Assembly (NCBI RefSeq): GCF_006345805.1 | Contig: NC_043002.1 | Coordinates: 63,178,001-63,242,000 of the forward strand | From: Octopus sinensis | Lineage: Eukaryota | DNA length: 64,000 nucleotides | Direction: 5' to 3' | Part shown: positions 15,644 through 28,629 of the stretch, piece by piece | Layout of the letters: each line of letters starts with the position of its first letter | Numbering within the stretch: the stretch's first letter is position 1 | Made by a program: the position numbers and the translations under genes | The notes under the pieces: model-generated | Database searches by the model: none | What the model was told of the DNA's origin: nothing | What the model saw: only the letters and a program-made list of their open reading frames with translations

Positions 15644-16577
15644 ATATATATATTTACAGATTTCTTATGTTATTTTGTCCGTCATTATGCCTTTGATTTC
15701 AAATTCCGCCGGGGACAACCTTGGTCTTCATTCTTCAGGTTCGATAAGATAGGTATCAGTTAAATTAAGTTGATGTAATCGACTAATTCACTACCCTAGA
15801 ATTCCTGGTCTTGCACCACGACAAAAAAAAAATCAATATTAACTACTATAAGGGCGGAGACCTTGCAGAATAGTTACAATAGCGAGTCACTCATGTTTAG
15901 ATGCATTCCATCGGTCATATATATATGATGTATGTATGTATTTACTCTTTTACTAGCTTCAGTCACTTTGCTGCTGCCATACTAGTGCACTGCCTTTAAT
16001 CGAGCAAATCGAACCCAGGACTTGTTTTTGGAAGCCTAGTACTTATTCTATTGATCTCTCTTACAGAATCGCTAAGTTACGGGGACGTAAACACAGCAGC
16101 ATCTGTCTGGGAAGTAGGCTTGTTACCACACTCCTACGTCTGCGCCTAATACTATGATTTCTATGCACTTTATTGTTAATGCTAACCATTTGTTTTCGTA
16201 TATTTTTTGTTGCTTTTTGATTTTTTAGCTACTAACCCAGTCTATGACTTAGTGGAGTTTTTAAAACAACAGGCAGGTCTGTTTGCCAAAATGGAAATCT
16301 GATCCTTTAAAATAATAGAGGCTTCTCTTTAGGTGAGACATCTTAACTGATTGTCAAATTAATTAGGTTTTGCAAGAAGTATACTAGCATTAATGTCACA
16401 GTATTTATTAATGTTCGGCTTCCCATATTTACTAAAGATTCTATCCTTGTTTAGGTTATCGTTTTTATCATTCTTTGTCAAAAAATGTATATACTGTCAG
16501 AGATTTTCAGGACCCTAACAGTAGGTTTATGTTGAAACTAGAGAGGATTAGAATACCTACAGAATTTAAAATTCTCT

Positions 16578-17310
16578 TAGACTCTAGGCAGAAGGCCCGG
16601 AATTTTTTGCGGAGGGGGCCGGTCTATTAGATCGAACCCAATACGCAACTGGTACTTAATTTATCGATCTAGAAAGGATGAAAGGCAAAGTCGAACTCAG
16701 AGGAATTTGAACTCAGTACGTGAAGACAGACGAAATTCTGCTAAGCATTTCGCCCGGCATGCTAACGTTTCTGTCAGCTCGTCGCCATACATACACAATT
16801 TAATATTGCTAAAGTGTAGGCGGCGAGCAGGCAGAACCGTTAGCATGCTGGTCAAAATGCTTAGTGGAATTCTGTCCGTCATTGCATTCTGATTTCAAAC
16901 CAAGGTCTACTTTGCCCTTCGTCCTTTTGGGGTCAATAAAGCAGGTAACGGTTGAGAACTGGCGTTGATGTAATCGACTTACTCCCTGCTCCAGAACTAC
17001 TGGTCTTGCGTCAAGATTTAAAATCAGTATTAGCAAATATTAGGGCGGTGATCTGGCAGAATATTTACAATAGATTAGGTTGCATTTCGTCGGTCATTAC
17101 TTTCTGATTTGAAATTCCGCCGAGGTGCTCTTAGACATTCACTCTTTCAGTGTCCAAATTCCGGTGGGGTCGAGTCTGCTCTACGTTGACTTTGCTTGCT
17201 CTTTACCGTTTCAGGGTCAATAAATTAAGTACCAGTTGAAATCTTGGGCCGGTATAATCAAGTTACTTCCTCCCCTGAAATTACTGCCTTTTTACCGAAA
17301 CCTTAAATCA
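16578..17310. mobile_element. SINE family A (tRNA head plus Meta-like central domain), three adjacent copies. Other copies: 258-470, 510-690, 1130-1340, 15660-15830, 19195-19655, 35990-36130, 49535-49760
   Basis: A-box-like GAGCTGGCAGAA and B-box GAGTTCAAATTC, then GGTCGACTTTGCCTTTCATCCTTTCGGGGTCGATAAATTAAGTACC. Orientation: minus 16578-16786, plus 16819-17030, plus 17043-17310. Confidence 0.85.
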
Positions 17311-18250
17311 GTATTAGCTAATACACGGAGGAGATGGTTTTTAAATGTATCCGTGCTGATAACCATTGAGGTCTTCGAAGTATTTTTAAGTAATTGCAGA
17401 GAGACGTTGATCAAGAAGCAACTCTACTTATATGACCCTATTGCAGAGAGTTAAAACTAAATAAGTTTTTTGGAACAAGGGTTACTCACTGCAACCATGT
17501 ATCATTCTTCTGTCAGAAAGCCAAGAAAAGTACAAGATAATTTTCAGTGTTAGAATGTATTTAAGAGATTTTGAAATTGATTAAGAAATAATATCTTCTA
17601 GAGGATCAGATATGCATCATAAACTCAGAAAATAGGCTAATCGCTAATAAATATGAAAATTGTTGCTGAATTATCTGAACAGGTTATTACATCTATTTTT
17701 TACGGCATTTGGAGTCATGCATGAGTACTTGCTACGAGTTTGTAAATGGTAACTCTTAGAGAATTAATCAAGTTAGCATTAATATATAGATATTTTATAT
17801 TTTATATTCTGCCATCCGTTGAATTTTCAATTTATTTTACATTAAACAATCATACTTTAAATTAAGCAAATAACATTTTTTCTAATCCCCCGATATATTC
17901 GATACAATTCAAGCTAACCGTAAACTAATATATGATTTAAAAATAGCACCAGAAATCTTTCAAAACGCCTTTAAACAAAAGAAGTTCTTTATATAATCTT
18001 GTATATGTACGTTAAACAGCACAGCTCACTCGATGGATTATTCGTAGGACTGTTCACAGTGGAACAATACAGAATTACACCGTATACCAAACTATCGTTC
18101 GTAAATACTATAGTTTAAAGCAAATAAGGAGTTTCCTTGCGGTAGGTGACTACATCAGTAATATAATCAGATTAATGAAATTCCATTAAAGATGCTGTAA
18201 TTCACTCAATGAGAATGTATTATAGACATATATATACACACATTGTCATA

Positions 18251-18416
18251 TAGGCGCAGGAGTCACTGTGTGGTATGTAGCTTGCTTACCAACCACATGG
18301 GTCCGGGTTCAGTCCCACTGAGTGGAACTTTGTGAAAGTGACTTCTATTATAGCCACGGGCCAACCAAAGCCTTGTGAGTGGATTTGGTAGACGGAAACT
18401 GAAAGAAGTCCGTCGT

Positions 18417-18497
<81 letters not shown>

Positions 18498-18690
18498 GCA
18501 CGTGTGTCTGTGTTTGTCCCCACAAAGTAGCTTGACACCGAAGCTGTTGTGCATACGTCCCCGTGATTTAGCAGTTCGGCATGAAGCAACGATAGGGTCA
18601 CAAAAAACAAGTCCTGGGGTCGATTTTCTCGACTAAAGGCGGTGCTCCAGCATGGCCGCTGTCAAATGACTGAAACACATAAAACAAAAA
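18251..18690 (+). mobile_element. SINE family B (CORE-like, internal (TA)n), full copy. Other copies: 2395-2818, 9990-10982 (split), 15940-16146, 34148-35775 (split), 36555-36963, 62160-62592, plus fragments
   Basis: tRNA-like head GGCGCAGGAGT..TGTGTGGTA..GGTTCAGTCCC; CORE-like GTGGCACCTTGGGCAAGTGTCTT in family copies; (TA)n; tail ending ..GGTGCTCCAGCATGGCCGC..AAATGACTGAAAC. Confidence 0.85.
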
Positions 18691-21075
18691 AAATATACAT
18701 TTAAATATACATACATACAAACATACATACATATAAATGCGTGTTCGTGTGTAATTATGTATACATATATATGTGTGTGTGTGTTTGTGTGTGAGGATGT
18801 CAATTGTGTGTACATGTGTGTATTCGCTTGCGTGTGTGTGTGTATGTGTGTGTGTAAATACTTTTTCTCATTTCTTTTGAAATCAACTGCACAATCCTCT
18901 CGACACAAAGAAATAGAAGCTTTAAGCAAATACCACCCCTACGGAATTCGAAAAGGAAAACATGTTTGTGTTTGGCCTGAGGGGAAAGAAGCAAATTAGC
19001 TAGAGCGAAAAGTTAGTCAATTTCAACCCACCCCCTGCACAAAAACCCCCACACACACACACATAATATAGACACACACACGTACACATAAAAAAAAATT
19101 AGTGTATATATGTGGGTGTGTGTGTAATCATTTGTCTTACTAATACATTGTATATGCATGTGATAGAGGTAATATTAATTTTAAACTCTTTGGTACAAGG
19201 CCAGCAATTTTGGGTGGGGGCAAGGCTATTATATAGACATCCAGTTTTCAATTACCACTTCTATTTTTGACCCCGAGAGGATGAAAAACAACGTTGGCCT
19301 CGGCGGAATTAGAACTCCAAAGGTATTTGTTAAAAGATAATATTCATATTAACAATGTCAAAGAAATATGTACCAGTAATGCACTGTGGTCGATGTAATC
19401 AACTTGACCACTCACCGAAATTGCTGGCATTGTGTCAAAATTCGAAACTAATTCCTTACCCGGTGGGCAGAGAGAATCGTTAGCATAACGTGGAAAATGC
19501 CTAGTGGTATTTCATCCATCCTACGTCCAAGGTCTGCCATTGTCCACTCTGTCTTTCATCGTTTCGTACCGTTTGAACAAAGGGGTCGATGTAAACGACT
19601 TAGCTCCTCTTCCATTATTTCTGACCCTATGCCAAAATTCGAAACCAGTTTCGACAATGTTAATTAACATCACATCGTTTACACATGATTACATGAACAT
19701 TAAATACAATGCAAACACAGAAATATTAAAAACCATCACTGGCGCACCCGTGAGTAATTGTTATCATGCAATAATAAAAGTGCATAGACACAAACAATAC
19801 AGAGTTTAAAACAAAATAAATTCAGAAGCAGTATAAAGAATGAAATATTGCAAATAATGTACTAGCGGGAATATTGCCTTTGAACGTATTTTCAATGTGA
19901 AACAAGTTGTTGTGTTGAATTCCAGACTCGTATAACGAAGCACTGGGGAATCAGATTCATTTTATGTAGCTTGGTATTGGTGTCAAGAGCATTTTCGATT
20001 CTTGGCGCGGACACTATTGCAAGTTTATTATCGATAGACTTGCTTACTATTTGTTAGCTTGGCTGTTTCCTTGAGCGAATCATGCCAACTGGTGTGTACA
20101 CACACGTATATATGTATGTATGTGTGTATGTATGACTGTATGTATGTATATATGTACGTACGTATGTATGTATGTATGTATGTATGTATGTATGTATGTA
20201 TGTATGTATGTGTGTATGTATGTATATATGTGTATACACATATATGAAGAAGTGTATCGTTCTGAAAACTTATGTGAAAACGATGAAAAAGCAATTAAAA
20301 ATTTGTGAAGCTTTGCTGTGTAATAATACGCACATACATACATACGTACGTATGCACATGCATACATACATACATACATACATACATACATACATACATA
20401 CATACATACATACATACATACGTACATACATGACGCGCATTTGGTTTTCTGAAAATTTTAACTATATGTGTGTATATATATATAGATATATATATATATA
20501 TATTAGTGCATACGCAAAACATACATTGTTTGTTCGACTGACAATGTTACTAGAGTTACTTTTAGTCCATACATTTTGCGTATAATTTGCGTATATCTCA
20601 GAACGAGCAATTAACTTTATTTCAAGATTATGTGCGTACCTGGTGTTCATAAGGCATAATACTGGGGAAATAATATCGGTTTCTAACATTTGGAGGCGAG
20701 CTGTTTCGCTTGATCTGTGACATTCAAGCGTCGTTTGGGAAGCTTTTCCAGGACTTAACCTGCAGCAAATTCGGATGGTACGAGAAACACATACACTATG
20801 TATGTGCTACCGATTATATATATACATACTTTAGCCTCACTTGCTGCCGAGTGGTTATCAACCCTGTCAGTAGAAAAACTTGTGCTTTTTGTGGGTATAA
20901 GTTTCTTTGACTCTATGTTGATGCTACAGTGCATTCTGAGTCATTATTAGTGAAATTTGAAAATTTTTTTTGGCATTATATTACGTATAGCAACTATCGT
21001 TATTTTATAATTTTCACATTACCATTTTACTGAATCTGCATACTGATTCCTATGGTAAATTTTATATACTGACAG

Positions 21076-21270
21076 GTAGGATTTAGCTTAACCATCGGCT
21101 GCGGTCATTTCCTGTACTGCAGTCCTCTTGTAGATGCAAAACTGACAGGCATCGGGAAAAGTTTGGGCTTCCCCGAGAAGACCTGCAGTGTCAGATGGCC
21201 GCTACCTTCCACTCCAAGTTTTGCCTGTTCTGGTTGGAGCAATGTAATAACAGCCAAGTTAGAAGAGTAA
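21076..21270 (+). CDS. Candidate terminal coding exon of an unidentified gene (strand and frame uncertain)
   Basis: Non-repetitive GC-richer island. After ..ctgacag| the frame VGFSLTIGCGHFLYCSPL..AKLEE* is open, but other frames, including a minus-strand DGFYGVRYSSNL..QYRK*, are also open. Confidence 0.3.
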   Translation, partial: VGFSLTIGCGHFLYCSPLVDAKLTGIGKSLGFPEKTCSVRWPLPSTPSFACSGWSNVITAKLEE

Positions 21271-21315
21271 CGAACACCATAGAAACCGTCTTAAAGAGAG
21301 CTCTAATTTAGACCA

Positions 21316-21395
<80 letters not shown>

Positions 21396-22889
21396 GCTGG
21401 GCTGTCGCTTTCTCTTTCTCTCTGCCTCTTTTTCCCTCTCTCTCTGGATATATATATATGTTTGATGTATGGATGCATGTTCGTCTGTATTTGTAAGGAG
21501 TATATGGTTGTGTGTGTATGCATGATTCCTTGTTTAAGTAGATCTATTTATATATACGTCAAACGAGATGAAGCTGGTTGCCCAAGAAAAGCACTCACAG
21601 GTAGCGTAAGAATCGATCCTATGATGTCATGTTTACAGTCCTACATATGTAAATAGGTTTGTATTTGTGTATGTGTGTATATGTATAGATATGTATATAT
21701 GTTCCTGTGTATGTCTGTGTATTCAATGATTTTGAAGTAATTATTACCATTCCCCAATGAGAATCAGATGTAGACCCTAAACGAATGATCCCCCTACGGT
21801 ATTCATAAACTAAATACATTTACAGAAACTCAAAATTAAAGAAAATATTCGGATGCACGTGTATGTATGTATGTATGTATGTATGTATGTATGTATTATA
21901 TATATATATATATATATATAAATATATGTATATATAAATATATACCATATAAATTTATGAATGTATATATATAGATATATATATTATTGTGGTGCATATA
22001 TATATGTATATATGAATATATACATACACACACACGCACACACACACACAGATATATATATATATATATATATCTATAATATATATATATATATATAGCT
22101 GTTAAACACACGGCGGGACATCTTGTATGAATCTGTTATATAGATAAACATCACATTAACATAAGAGATAAACTCTTCTCTCATGCGAGGCAAAATAAAT
22201 ATTGTTAGAAACTAAAGTACAAACACAAACATGTATGACAATGAAAATTTATCCTTCTCTCAACGAGACCGACGGGCAATATTTTGAATTTTGCGTACAC
22301 CGAAATTCTTTATATCTTGTGTATGTACGTTAAACAGCACAGCTCACAATATGGATTATTCATAGGACTGTTCACAGTGGAACAGTACAGAATTACACCG
22401 TATACCAAACTATCGTTTCAGTATTCTGTGTTTGCAGATGATAAAGCTTTTATTCTGTACTGCTAATTTGAAATCTCTAACCACTCCCTTTGCAGTACAT
22501 ACAATATATATGAATAAATCTATAAAATAAAACAGAATCTCTTTTATGTAAACATACGGACGCGCAATGTATTACCAAAAAGAAAAAAAAACTTAAATTA
22601 TCACTGTGACTGAGGGTGCTGAAGCGCCTACAATGCTAGAAATAAGAGTAGAAAACGCTTAATGTTGTAACGAACCGTGCAATATATATACGCTGATATT
22701 AGCGGCAACAGTTCCAGGAACGTCTCGAGAATGACTAGACTAGTTTTGTCTATCTTGTAGGCATATTCAAAAGTGACTACTCAGAAGATCGATGGTTTGG
22801 CTAATGTTTATGTATGTATGTATATAGATAAATAAATAGATAGATAGATATACATATATATACATACATATATATATATATATATATAC

Positions 22890-22933
<44 letters not shown>

Positions 22934-22989
22934 ATATATATTATATACATATATATATATATAATATATATATAATTTATTATATAGAA

Positions 22990-23040
22990 GGAGCTTCTAC
23001 AGGACTAGAACTGTTTCATTCAAGAGAAATCTTCAGGAAG
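22990..23040 (-). ncRNA. Second copy of family-a hammerhead; stem I shortened to 4 bp by adjacent microsatellite
   Basis: Minus strand reads CTTC-CTGAAGA-TTTC-TCTT-GAAT-GAAACAG-TTCTAGTC-CTGTA-GAAG; near-identical to 10343-10392. Confidence 0.7.
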
Positions 23041-23083
23041 ATAGATATATGTATGTATATATATATATTATATATATATATTA

Positions 23084-23114
<31 letters not shown>

Positions 23115-23251
23115 GATAGTTAGATAGATACATAGATATATACATACACATATATATGATTATATTCTGTAGATGTACACATATATCATTATGTATACTA
23201 TTCCTCTTCTCACTTTCTCTCTCTCTCTCTGTCTCTCTCTCTCTCTGTCTC

Positions 23252-23347
<96 letters not shown>

Positions 23348-23718
23348 TATATATAATTATTCAATATAGGGTAGCAAAAAAAATTCAGCAGAAATTTTTT
23401 GCCACCAGCGGTCTAGTAGGAAAAATAGATAGTCAGAGACTATTAATACATTCAACATCAAAATATAGGAACAGGCATAATAGGCTGTTCAACCTACTAG
23501 AAATAGCAGCCAAGGCTTCAACCGCAAACAAGTATTAATTCCAAAAATTTTTTGCTACCCTATATTGAATAATTATGAATTTTCTGTTTAATTCCGAAAT
23601 GGAATCGGCAGCTTTGATTTGCTGCCGATAAATTTGGCGCGAATACGCTGATTTGAAAAATTTTAGGTCAGATATTGCCGAGGCAGCAGTGATACTACCT
23701 CGTAAATATCTCGCTAAT

Positions 23719-23836
23719 CTGGCTTACTTTACTGAAGATTTTGTTGGCTTATGGAGGATTAGCTTGATTTAATTTAATCGGGCTGATTTACCATTAAAAA
23801 ACAGATGAAACGATGCATCGTATAACGTATATCAGG
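23719..23836 (+). ncRNA. Type I hammerhead ribozyme with long stem II (family b)
   Basis: CTGAAGA at 23732-23738, GAAAC at 23807-23811, palindromic stem III ACGATGCATCGT, GUA site at 23820-23822. Stem I is TAC.TTA/TAA.GTA. Stem II is extended by ATTAGCTTGATT/AATCGGGCTGAT. Confidence 0.72.
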
Positions 23837-24109
23837 GTAAATGTTTTTTAAAATTTTCTCCTGGTTTTTGGAATTAATACTTGTTTGCGGTTGAAGCCTT
23901 GGCTGCTATTTCTAGTAGGTTGAACAGCCTATTATGGCTGTTCCTATATTTTGATGTATGTATATATATATATATTATATAATATATATATTATATATAT
24001 ATATATGTATGTATATATATATATATAGAGAGAGACAGACAGAGAAAGATAGTTAGATATAGATATATATATACATATACATAAACATTTGCCAAATCAT
24101 CGATCGTTT

Positions 24110-24166
24110 GAGTAGTCACTGCTGATGATGCCTACAAAACAGGCAAAACTAGTCTAGTCATTCTCG
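24110..24166 (+). ncRNA. Degenerate hammerhead-like motif (family d); inverted, more decayed copy at ~22725-22782
   Basis: CTGATGA-T-GCCT-acaaaac-AGGC-AAAAC (G12 changed to A)-TAG-T-CTA-GTC. Stem III is palindromic; stem I is poor. Confidence 0.45.
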
Positions 24167-24360
24167 AGACGTTCATGGGACATTAAGCGTTTTCACTTTT
24201 ATTTCTAGCATTGTAGGCGCTTCAAAAAGCTCAGTCATATTTAGTGACGCTTAATGTTTTTTTTCTTTTCCTGGTAATACATTGCGCGTATATATGTTTA
24301 CATAAACGAGCTTAAGTTTCATTTTATAGAATTCATATGTATATTACATACATACATATA

Positions 24361-24391
<31 letters not shown>

Positions 24392-24392
24392 C

Positions 24393-24423
<31 letters not shown>

Positions 24424-26586
24424 CATATATATAACTTTCACCTAATTAAATTACTTAAATTACTTCACTTAATTTGTCAGCATTTTCTTCATTTCCTTTT
24501 TTATATATCACCACTCGTGTTCGACATCTCCTTTTTTTTAAATTCATATCCCCGCACGAGATACAGAAAATGCCTACAAAAACTGAAACCACCCTAATCA
24601 ACTTAAACGAAGAAATCCTACAGGAACTCAAAAACATCAACACCAGCCTCTCTGTACTAGTCAACAAATGGACTCTACTAATGAGGAAACCATTACCGGA
24701 CACAAACCCTCCGAAATCGGCTATAAGCTACAATTCTGTGTGATACGATCCACACCTTTTTCACCACCACCAACCCAGCCAAAAACAACAGAAGAACCAT
24801 GTCAAATTGATTCATACAAACTGAAAATCATATAATCCCAGAATGGAACAAATCCCTCAGAGACAGAAAGTTCTCCTTCTGGAAAATGATTAGAAACAAC
24901 CAGGCCGAGAGATATACGAAAAATGGATGAACTCTACTCCTCTAACTCTCTTCCCCGCAAAATACATTAAAAGCCATTCCCAATGAACCTGAACCTCAAA
25001 GACGACTTAGGGAAAGAATGGCATTAGAGAGGACTGAAAAACAGAGATTGAACTTCTCAAATTAAGGGCCCAAACAAATGAGAAACAGTCAAAACAATCG
25101 ATGAAGAGATCCTCCTCGTAATAAATAACAAGGCCGAAAGCCTACACATAGAGAAGATCTCCAAGTTATGGAAAGATGACTGCAACAAAGAGAACTAAAA
25201 TCCCTACAACGTTGGGAAAAAAGTGCCGCCTGGTTCCTAAACTATGAATCGACTTTCAAAACGGATTACTCTTCCAATAACCCGTTCATAAAAATGGGAA
25301 AACCAGTAACCCAACCACACAACTACTCCGCCAACCCTCCAACCTTGAACAAAGAAGGAACAGCATATTGAAGATGTACCTTCTTACCCCACGTCCATAA
25401 GGAGGAACAAGAACCCTGGAAACTCTCACCACCAGAATTACATTAACGAATTTCCCTCTCAAGGAGACGCTATACACAACAACTCAACACTACTCGATAC
25501 TTATTAACAAATATAAGAGGATCCCACTACCACCAGATAGACACAACAACATCCACACCACGAGGGGACAACAAGGTAATTTTCACTTTCTCAACTCTCA
25601 CAATACACAACAACCCATACCACTCGATACAAGCACCCACGCAGGCCACTCATATCACCACAATCCATCACAACACAAAGAAACCCACACCAACACCCGC
25701 AATACAGGAACACCCCATTCTATCCACAACCACGAACCCGACCATATTTCACAACAAGGAATATAACAAACACACAGGACCTCCTAACACCAACAGACAA
25801 CCCCTCTACCCCAACCATTTTTTAGACACAGCACACAGATACAGCAAACAAAATAACACAGGACAGGGAAGAGAAACATAAACTAATTAAAGTCATCAAT
25901 TTAACCAATACAGAACCCAACCCCAACCTTCTCAACTTACTCTCCAAAGGTCTGAAATTCACACCACCCCCCCCCCCCACGTCCAAACTACACGAAATGA
26001 AGGAAGACATTACAGAATTTTGTAGAAAATTGCGACTTACTGAGGAACTATTCGACCAGCACAATGAGGATGAGTCACTAGCTAGAAATAAAAGCAACTA
26101 CAACCCCCCGACGAAAAGGTAGAAATAAAATCCTAGACGAATTCTGTGAGCACATTAAAACTTCCCCTACCAACACTTACACAAACCAAAACCCAAACCA
26201 AACCTCAACACGAAAGAGTGGGAAGAATTAACAATTAAAAAAAAAATGAAAGATCTATCACCATTAAAGAGGCCGATAAAGGAAGTGCAGTATTTTAATG
26301 GAGACAGAATACTATATCAACTTAGCACTCTCCACCTTGGAAAATGGAACATATTACGAAAAGGCTGAACACTACAATCAACAGAAAATTATGAGAAACT
26401 TAAAAACCATGATCAACCCCCACAAAGAAGAACTCACTAACAAAGAATTCAACTTCATCACAATTTCACTAGTAAAACCAGCCTCTTCTACGGTATTCCA
26501 AAATTCATAAAAGCGAATTAATAAGTAAGGCATGCAAAGAAGCCACAAACTCTGTAATCAATGTCCCCTCACCAAATGACCTCAAA

Positions 26587-27348
26587 TTGAGACCTATAAT
26601 AGCAGGTCCCGCTTGCGAAACCCACCGCCTTAGCAACTTCATTGATACCCTTCTCAAGCCATTCCTCAAACACATTAAAAGCTACATAAGGGACGATCTA
26701 GATATGCTCAACCACCTCCCCAATACACTTATTGCTGAACAAACCCTGCTAGTAACATTCGATGTAGTCAATCTTTACTCCAACATCCCCCACAACCTAG
26801 GAATAGAAGCTATCCAATTCTGGCTGGATAATTACTCCAACGAACTCCCACACCGCATCAAAAAGGAATTTATTTTAGAAGGACTCAAATTCATCTTAGA
26901 GAATAATTTCTTCACCTTCAACAACAAATTCTACAGACAGAAATCAGGGACGGCAATGGGAACGAAAACAGCTCCCACTTACGCCAACTTAGTCATGGGA
27001 TACCTGGAAATCACCCTCTATAATAACGTTCTTAACCAATTTGGCACCACTCTCCACACACACATAGAGAAGAACTGGAAGAGATATCTTGATGACTGCT
27101 TCATCCTTTGGCCCGAAACCGTCGAGAAGCTTAACGAATTTCACACTCTTATAAATGGGCTCAACACAAACATATTTTTCACAATGGAATACAGCCCTCA
27201 ACAAATTCCCTTCCTCGACATCCTCATTAAAATTCACAACAAAAAAATAGAAACAGACATATACTACAAGCCCACAGACTCCAAGCAATACCTCCCTTTC
27301 AATTCATGCCACCCTAGACACGTTAAATTAACATTCCCTACAACTTAG
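26587..27348 (+). pseudogene. PLE reverse transcriptase core (largest intact piece of a disrupted ORF)
   Basis: RPII, FDVVNLYSNIP, YRQKSGTAMG..APTYANLVMG, RYLDD, IPFLDI and YYKPTDSKQYLPFNSCHP are typical PLE RT and thumb motifs. Confidence 0.92.
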
Positions 27349-27739
27349 CCAAGAAATTTGCACTATAGTCTCCAATACAAACACCCCGTCTCTTACGTCT
27401 ACAAGAACTCAAGGGCACATTAACAGCAGGGATTACCCCACGTCACTAATTGACAATGGGATCCACGCGCCCTAAAACTCAGCACGCAGGAACTTAGACG
27501 CCCTAAACCTGTTACAATCGAAACCCCATACTCTACCATACATATCTACACACAACCCCCTCAACAATGAAGCTTTTGACACCATCCTCCAGAACATTCC
27601 TGTATTACAAAAGGACCATAGAATGAACCAAATCCTCCTAACACACGAAATCATAAAGAGCAAAAGGCAACCCAAATCATTGAAAACCATCCTAACAATG
27701 CCAAAGTACTGCCAACCACAACAACTAAACCCACAGTAA

Positions 27740-28140
27740 ACAAATGCAATAGACCCAACTGTGGTATATGCATCAACCTAATAGAAGGTCCGGAATTCCT
27801 TTTTAAACAAGGACAACGTTTCACACACAGTAAAACACAACTTCACATGCGCATCAGAAAACCTAGTATATGTCTTAACTTGCTCGGCTGTAATGAACAC
27901 TACATAGGCCAAACAAAAAATAGCCTCCGCCAACGCATGACTGTCCACAGATCCCAAATAAAAATACAGGATATAGAAAATAGCATTTAGTGCACATATT
28001 GATACCTGTGCCGCACAACTCCATCCCAATTTTAGAATCTTTCCCCTCTACAAATTTAAAGACAATGCCACTCATATACCCAGCGAATAACCATGGAATC
28101 CCACCTTATTAATAAATACAGACCACTTCTAAACAGATGC
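27740..28140 (+). pseudogene. PLE GIY-YIG endonuclease region with upstream Cys motif (frameshifted)
   Basis: Manual translation across frameshifts: KCNRPNCGIC ... FTCASENLVYVLTC.GCNEHYIGQTKNSLRQRMTVHRSQIK. Confidence 0.85.
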
Positions 28141-28629
28141 CTCTAACACGAACCCACACAAACACACTTACACCACTGCACCCACCCTACACACACCTTT
28201 ACCCAGATTTAACACCATGACACACACAAATATATGGTTTCCCTTCACACATACACATAATTGAATACGGGTGCAAAACATCCAACACTATTTTTTGGAA
28301 ATGGCTGTAAATATTGACTTCACACAATACGTTGCTTCCCGATACAGGCACAAGGCCAGCAGAACTATAAATATTGAAAATTGTACCCACACACATACAC
28401 ATATATACACGCGCGCGCGCGCCCAAACATACATATAAACACACACCCGCGCGCGCGCGCACCCACATACATACATACAGCTCTCCCTGTTCTAAACGAA
28501 CTTACTTATCCAGTCAAGCGGAAAATACACTCCCTACTACGCGCTAAAAAGCTATTTAAAATATCCACATGACGTCTACTGACCAGCCTGAACAATAAGA
28601 ATTTTCAACAACACTATTTTCGAAAATTC

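Larger units (their letters stand above)
22510..24337. repeat. Nested inverted-repeat complex immediately upstream of the PLE
   Basis: Outer arms 22510-22812 / 24080-24337; inner arms 23455-23547 / 23865-23957 (one mismatch); perfect 29 bp inverted repeat 23353-23381 / 23548-23576. Confidence 0.85.

Noticed and set aside
13800-19025. Similar segments at 13800-13945 and 18870-19025 as duplicated exons
   Set aside because: Similarity runs through stops and a frameshift; more likely an old unclassified repeat.
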